This document shows, piece by piece, positions 59,169 to 64,000 of a stretch of DNA of 64,000 bases (the stretch's first letter is position 1; each line of letters begins with the position of its first letter). Source of the stretch: Armatimonadota bacterium (GTDB taxonomy: Bacteria > Armatimonadota > UBA5829 > DTLH01). The notes below the pieces were generated by a model, which was not told the DNA's origin, ran no database searches, and saw only the letters and a program-made list of their open reading frames with translations. The position numbers were made by a program, and so were the translations under genes. The DNA is taken from contig JBDKSP010000021.1 of the NCBI GenBank assembly GCA_039680575.1, positions 13,239 through 77,238 of the forward strand, given 5' to 3'.

Positions 59169-60269
59169 ATGTTCACCCACAAACTGACCGATGATGCCGA
59201 ACTGAGACTGATTGAACCGAGAAATGCTGAGGAGCTATTCCTGCTGATAGATCGGAACCGTGAGCGTCTCAGTCTGTGGCTGCTCTTTACCGATAAGACA
59301 ACATCCGTAGATGTAGTACGTGATTTTGCAAGAAGAGGCTTGCATCAGTTTGCGGACGGTGAAGGTTTTTACTGCGACATCATGCTAAATGGGAAGCTTG
59401 TAGGCGGCATTGGTATAAAGCCTGTGGATCAGTGGAATCGTTCGACTGATCTTAGTTACTGGCTTGATAAAGACGCGGAGGGGAAAGGACTCGTTACTGC
59501 ATCCTGCAGGGCGCTTCTGGACCATTGTTTCAACGGAATGAATCTAAACCGTGTTACGATCAGAGTAGCCGCAGGAAATTCACGCAGCCAGGCTGTTGTA
59601 CACCGCCTCAATGCCATTTATGAGTTAACACAAAGGCAATCGACAATGCCCCAGGACAAAATGTTCGACATAGATGTTTTTTCCATACTTAAGGAAGAAT
59701 GGACTGCCATTACTCCTAAAGATCGAGCATTCTTCACGCATAAACTAGACGATAAGACGGAATTGGGGCTTCTTGAAACAATACATGCGAAAGCAGTTTT
59801 CGAGTTGGTTGACCGCAACCGGGAACATTTACGCCGGTGGCTCTCGTGGGTGGACGAAACACAATCAGAAAGTGATGCACTCACTGCCCGCAAGAAGTAT
59901 CTTCATGATTTTGCCGAGAATGGCACAATCGCAGCCGGTATCTGGCACTGCGGGAGTCTTGCCGGGCTCATTGGTCTTCATGCCCACAATGCTAATTGCA
60001 TGGAGATCGGCTACTGGCTTAGTGAAGAGTATCAAGGCAAAGGTCTTGTTATAGCATCATGCAGAGAACTGATCCGCTACGCATTCGACGACCTTCACGT
60101 CAACCGCATCGAGATACACGCTGAGCCGGGCAACACCCGCAGTTGGGCCATACCAAGACGGCTTGGTTTCATCTGTGAAGGGACTCTCAGACAGGCAAGC
60201 GTAAGTTCGGATGGAAGCATGGCCGACTTGATGGTATTCTCGATTCTCAAGAACGAGTGGAATGCTTAG
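59169..60269 (+). CDS. tandem-GNAT N-acetyltransferase (two RimJ/RimL-like domains)
   Basis: Two homologous halves starting FTHKLTDDAELRLIEP... and FTHKLDDKTELGLLET..., each with a GNAT acetyl-CoA-binding motif (Q/RGKGL). Confidence 0.65.
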   Translation: MFTHKLTDDAELRLIEPRNAEELFLLIDRNRERLSLWLLFTDKTTSVDVVRDFARRGLHQFADGEGFYCDIMLNGKLVGGIGIKPVDQWNRSTDLSYWLDKDAEGKGLVTASCRALLDHCFNGMNLNRVTIRVAAGNSRSQAVVHRLNAIYELTQRQSTMPQDKMFDIDVFSILKEEWTAITPKDRAFFTHKLDDKTELGLLETIHAKAVFELVDRNREHLRRWLSWVDETQSESDALTARKKYLHDFAENGTIAAGIWHCGSLAGLIGLHAHNANCMEIGYWLSEEYQGKGLVIASCRELIRYAFDDLHVNRIEIHAEPGNTRSWAIPRRLGFICEGTLRQASVSSDGSMADLMVFSILKNEWNA

Positions 60270-60476
60270 CGCGATGAGTATTATTGCGAGATTTGTTATT
60301 TATGCTGAGGGAATGGCAGGTCTGTATAATCTACTGATTTACACAGATTTAATTCCCGCAGCATTGAGATATTTCACCCTCACCCTGTCCCTCTCCCGTC
60401 AAGGGAGAGGGGATTTCAGGCGCAAAGCTGCCTATGGCCGGCACGGAGACCGGCCACTACTTCTGTTCCCTGGATT

Positions 60477-62198
<1,722 letters not shown>

Positions 62199-62199
<1 letters not shown>

Positions 62200-63158
62200 T
62201 ACACCAGGATCTCCGCTTTTTCCATATATTTGATCGTCTCATCCCAGCTTTTCACGCCGGTCGTCGCGCCCATTGCGCTTGCGCAGATGGAACCCGTCGC
62301 ATTACCGAGCCTGCCGCATTCTTCCAGGTTCCAGCCCTTTGCTACACCGGCAAGAAAACCGCCTATCCATGAATCGCCTGCGCCGCAGGTGTCTACCACG
62401 TTCGTTTTGAAGGCCGGACAGTGTATTTCGATGTCTTTGTTCTTGAGAAAACAGCCTTCTGCCCCCATTTTGAGCCCGACGGTCTTGACGCCTTTATCCA
62501 TGAAGAACCTGGCTGTATCACTGACGCCCTTCTGGCCTGTCATCAACATGGCTTCGTCTATGCTCGGAAGGAAGTAGTCGAGATAGGGGAGCGACGGCTC
62601 CAGCGTTGCGTAACAGTCTATGGCGTCGTTCCAAACGGTATCGAGGCATGTGGTGACGCCCATTTCTTTAGCTTTTTTGAGGATTTTTGCAGTAGGCTCG
62701 CCGTCAAGGCCGGGCATGACGAAAGAACCGGCAACATGCAGAATGTGCGATTGCTCAATGATGGAAAAATCGACATCATCGATGCTAAGCGATCCGTTCG
62801 CGCCGACATAATGGAAAAAAGCTCTTTCTCCATCCGGCGCAACGATTACAAAGCTGAAGGATGTTCCAAGATCGGAACTTCGCATCATCCCTTTTGTATC
62901 GACATTGTCTTTCTTGAGGCTGCTGAGTATGAAGTCCCCGAAAACATCGTTTCCGACTTTTCCGATCACCCCGACCCGCATCCCAAGCCTGGCAAGTGTG
63001 GTTCCGGTGTTATTAGCGCATCCGCCGGTAGCGAGTTCGACATGCTCCACCACCTGAAGCTGCCGCCAGTCCGGCATTCGCTCCACTGGTTTTCCCAGTG
63101 TGTCAGCGACGAATATACCAAGACAAGTTACATCGAATTGTTTTTTTTGATTCAGCAT
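62199..63158 (-). CDS. PfkB-family carbohydrate kinase
   Basis: N-terminal CLGIFVADT...GG di-Gly motif and C-terminal DTCGAGD anion hole. The ORF is open to 63197; the internal Met is preferred. Confidence 0.75.
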
Positions 63159-63284
63159 TTTTAGTTCCCATACCACATCGAATCTGGCGTTCAGCACAAG
63201 TATATCACTGCCGGATTCTTTATTAAAGCGCTTTTTTGTTGACTAAGAGCCCGGCGTTTGGTATAATTCCAGTGCCATAAATGT

Positions 63285-63360
<76 letters not shown>

Positions 63361-63365
63361 TTCGC

Positions 63366-63443
63366 GGCGGGTGTAGCTCAGTTGGTTAGAGCGCCAGGTT
63401 GTGGCCCTGGAGGCCGAGAGTTCGAATCTCTTCACTCGCCCCA
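63366..63443 (+). tRNA. tRNA-His (anticodon GTG) with encoded G-1 and CCA
   Basis: Extra 5' G before acceptor GCGGGTG. Anticodon loop TTGTGGC. T-arm GAGAG-TTCGAAT-CTCTT. Discriminator C. Confidence 0.85.
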
Positions 63444-63463
63444 AAATCAAATATAATGTATTA

Positions 63464-63490
63464 TAAGCGCCTTATCATAGGCGCTTTTTT
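63464..63490 (+). terminator. rho-independent terminator after the tRNA pair
   Basis: Hairpin agcgcc-ttatcat-ggcgct followed by tttttt. Confidence 0.7.
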
Positions 63491-63652
63491 CGTGTGTTAC
63501 GCTTTTACGACCGGCAAACAGGAACACGTATCTCGTTAATGTAACGTTATTCTCATTATAATAAACAATTTTGACGCATAATATTCGTAGTGATATAATA
63601 ACTTGCAGATGTTCAGAGCTTATATAGCAGGTTTGCTGATCGGAGAATCAGT

Positions 63653-64000
63653 ATGCATGTTGTTAAGGAGCAAAAAGAAAACGTTGTCCGGCGCACGAGA
63701 TTAAGTCACATAATTGCAGCCGTAATATGTGCTCTTGGGGTAATTGCCGCTCTGTTTATAAGGGCATACTCAAAGGGTGCTATGTCGCCTTTTTGGTATA
63801 TCCCGCTCCACACAATTATCGAGTTTACCAGTATAGTCGTAAGCATCGCTGTATTCGTAGTCGGTTGGTATGGCTATCAGCAGAACAACAACCGCCGGGA
63901 CCTGTTCATTGCGAACGCTTTTTTGGTTATTGGTGTGTTGGACTTCATGCATACAATTTCCTTTAAGGGTATGCCTGATTTTATTGGTACCAATACTGTG
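63653..64000 (+). CDS. 5' part of a polytopic membrane (sensor-like) protein; the ORF runs off the window
   Basis: GGAGA RBS. At least three TM helices in the first 115 aa. No stop before the window end. Confidence 0.4.
   Translation, partial: MHVVKEQKENVVRRTRLSHIIAAVICALGVIAALFIRAYSKGAMSPFWYIPLHTIIEFTSIVVSIAVFVVGWYGYQQNNNRRDLFIANAFLVIGVLDFMHTISFKGMPDFIGTNTV

Overview
This 64-kb window is a chromosomal segment of a bacterium with about 50% GC, possibly an uncultured anaerobe. It is mostly housekeeping and sensory genes, punctuated by accessory features. Genes in order: a metallo-beta-lactamase-fold hydrolase, a large repeat-rich outer-membrane-like protein, a sugar nucleotidyltransferase, rarA, mnmA, a ytxG/ytxH-like pair followed by an RsbV-RsbW-SigB-like module, an AI-2E transporter, aspS-hisS, a BadF-type ATPase, an orphan alpha-class DNA amino-methyltransferase directly followed by a VapBC-like toxin-antitoxin pair, glycoside hydrolases (GH130 and a DUF11-tailed secreted enzyme), cysE-cysS, an M29 aminopeptidase, a multi-PAS histidine kinase, two tandem paralogous zinc-ribbon membrane proteins, TrpB2, a MoxR-DUF58-transglutaminase operon, a GGDEF/HD-GYP protein, a fused E1 alpha/beta dehydrogenase, a PAS/RsbW-like kinase, hrcA-archaeal-type chaperonin-grpE, a sugar-catabolic trio (PfkB kinase, mannitol-DH family, cupin isomerase) and tRNA-Arg(TCT) plus tRNA-His(GTG). 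The most striking non-genic signal is a family of at least six copies or fragments of a 110-270 bp palindromic repeat with terminal inverted repeats, resembling miniature inverted-repeat transposable elements (MITEs), all in intergenic spacers. Other points worth a second look are a low-GC islet carrying a solitary HsdR-N/Mrr-like nuclease, the group II-like chaperonin inside the hrcA-grpE operon, and the MTase-VapBC neighbourhood. No CRISPR array, integrase or transposase was seen.
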